From Thalia democratica (taxonomy: Eukaryota), in contig OZ241832.1 of the NCBI GenBank assembly GCA_965202585.1, positions 48,918,001 to 48,982,000 of the forward strand: a stretch of 64,000 nucleotides of DNA. Reading direction: 5' to 3'. Positions 61,901-64,000 of this stretch are shown here, piece after piece. The notes beneath the pieces were generated by a model that saw only the letters and a list, made by a program, of their open reading frames with translations, was not told where the DNA came from and searched no databases. The position numbers and the translations under genes are program-made. The number at the start of each line of letters is the position of its first letter. Position 1 is the stretch's first letter.

Positions 61901-64000
61901 AACATTATAGAATTATTTATTTCTGGATTTATATCGATTGTATTTTTGTAAAATAAAAAAGAAATAGCGCTTATTAATGATTATTTAAAAACTTACTAAA
62001 CTTCCTTGAAAAAACGTAAAAACAAAATTCTTTAGTTGTCCGACTTATTATTGAAATACTAAACAATTTTAGACAAATCGATTTTTTATTTTTATTTATC
62101 AAATAACTATTTTTCTAACTTATTAACTGTACAAAAAAAACCTTTCGATAATATTGATATTTAAATGTGTTTTTTTATTCAAATTTTGACTAAAAAAACT
62201 ACGCACGTTAGTTCTTAAAAAATAGTTTACTATAACTTTACTAAACTCTTTATTTAAAAAATGTTTTATTTAAAAACATTAAGTGCTGAGCTTGATCACT
62301 TGATAACTTACAAACATTTTTTATAACAAGAAGTATTTATTGTAAACCACATATCTAAATTTTTTGTGTTAAAATTTACAAAACCATTCATCTGTTCGTC
62401 TTCTCAAAAGATTTTTTATTTATCAGTTTTTAATTTATTGAACAACAACAAAGAAGCTCAAAATATTTGTTCCTACGACCTGGTGCACGAAGAACCTTTT
62501 GGTTATCGAGTCACACACGTCTTTTCCAGGACATTTACTTAAAAGCTTATTTTGAACAATATCTTTAAAACTTAATTTACTGAAAACTCAAATTTACTTT
62601 AAATATTTTAAATATAATTACTTTTTAAACAATACTCCTATAATGTTTTTTAATACTTGCTTTTAAAGTGAAAAATTAAAAGAAAAGTAAATTTTCTGAA
62701 TACCGTTTAAAAATTTAATTGATAGTGTTTTACGTTATTCTTCTTCAGAGCATTTTATTTCAAACCTTTCAAAGAAACATAACTTTTTCTAAAGTAAAAT
62801 TCAATAGTTTTATCGCAAGAACTTATGAAATTTAGAACAAAAATATCTAGTAAGAAACTAAAATTAGTTTTTAATAATTTTGCTTAATAATTCAGAATAA
62901 AAGTAGCATTCAAAACTGAAATACAACTTAAAAATTATAAGATATAGACATTATAAGATTTAAACTAATAGAAAAAATATTCCCAGAAATTAGCTTTCTA
63001 AAGAGTTGTGTATGTATTAATATTGTATACACATCTAATGTGAATTTAAATATATACTTTTTCAATATATATTTTTTTTTTCAGTTTAATAGAACTTTAT
63101 TGTATTTGCATTGTATTTGTATTGTAGATTGCAAAAATAATCGATAATAAAAGTACTACAATAATGATAATAAAAAGTTTTAAACACTACTAATAAGTTT
63201 CTTAATTATTGTTCATTATTTTTATAACTTTACTTAAGATTAATTAATTACTATAGTTCTGTTTTAAAAATAATTATTGTTCAGAGATAACTTTGAAAAT
63301 AGTTTTATTGTATGTCTGAAAAGTTATATAAATTTAGTTGTAATAAATACTAAATCAAATTAATAGTCATTTCATAAAGTCTACAAATTAATAACATCGG
63401 AAAATGATATTAAAAGTAGGTGATAGCAATACTAATTTTTATAGTTAATTTACGTTGGTTACTGTAAATGAACAACTAAATGCAACAACTACGTTAAACT
63501 TCTTTTTTTTTAATTCTAAATAGGTTTAAATATTTTTCTAAATATACTATATTTGTTTTTTTGTTTTTTATTAATTTTTTATTGATTCGTTGTTCATAAA
63601 GTTTAGCTTTTATTATAAAAGTATCAAAAATCTTTGTAAAGTTAATAATTAAAGATTTTTAACAATCTTGAAATGTTTTACTTACAAACCTAACCTGTAA
63701 AATGTTGTTATGTTTTCAATATAATTTACAGTAAAAATTTTTCGAATAAAATAAGTTTGCTTCATTTAGTTAAAAAACTACAATTATTTTTTTTTTTCAT
63801 TAAAAGGTTTCTTCTAAAATCAGTTTTGTACGAAAAATGAATAAATACTTATTTTAATCTTATAAAAACTTATAAAATGTCATAAAATCGATTAGAGTTT
63901 AGCTTAAGACAAATAGTACTTGTTTCTATACAAGTATGAAAAGAAAACAAGTAAAACTCTAAGGCTCATAAAATTTTAAAATTAGTCTTTTTAAATGCAT

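Noticed and set aside
1-64000. CRISPR arrays, rRNA/tRNA genes, operons or phage-defence systems
   Set aside because: No regularly spaced repeats, no tRNA cloverleaf or rRNA motifs seen; the sequence is intron-containing animal DNA.

Overview
Eukaryotic (animal) genomic DNA: very AT-rich, with GT-AG spliceosomal introns. No prokaryotic features (CRISPR, operons), rRNA or tRNA genes are evident. The teashirt zinc fingers are of the chordate/vertebrate type, so an invertebrate chordate such as a tunicate is a reasonable but unproven guess. Three protein-coding genes are supported. (1) 89-3720 (+): the 3' part of an unidentified multi-exon gene for a low-complexity S/T/K/Q-rich protein. (2) 8022-9351 (-): a trypsin-type S1A serine protease with an intact His/Asp/Ser triad, a degenerate C-terminal CUB domain and a GPI-like tail, all on one exon; its 5' exon is unresolved. 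(3) about 36.3/47.9-57.5 kb (+): a Teashirt (TSHZ) homologue with at least 8 phase-compatible exons. It has zinc fingers 1 and 2 and a PLDLT CtBP motif, apparently no third finger, and only helix 1 of the TSHZ homeodomain. The interval 9.7-36 kb has no recognisable CDS. It holds three copies of one MITE, a 188-bp near-perfect palindrome and a probable decayed LINE fragment, then many CpG-rich islands that look like tshz cis-regulatory modules. A hAT MITE lies at 39 kb. I found no clearly new biological system. The best leads are the derived TSHZ, the single-exon trypsin-CUB-GPI protease and the long hairpin. All splice models were read by eye and need transcript confirmation.
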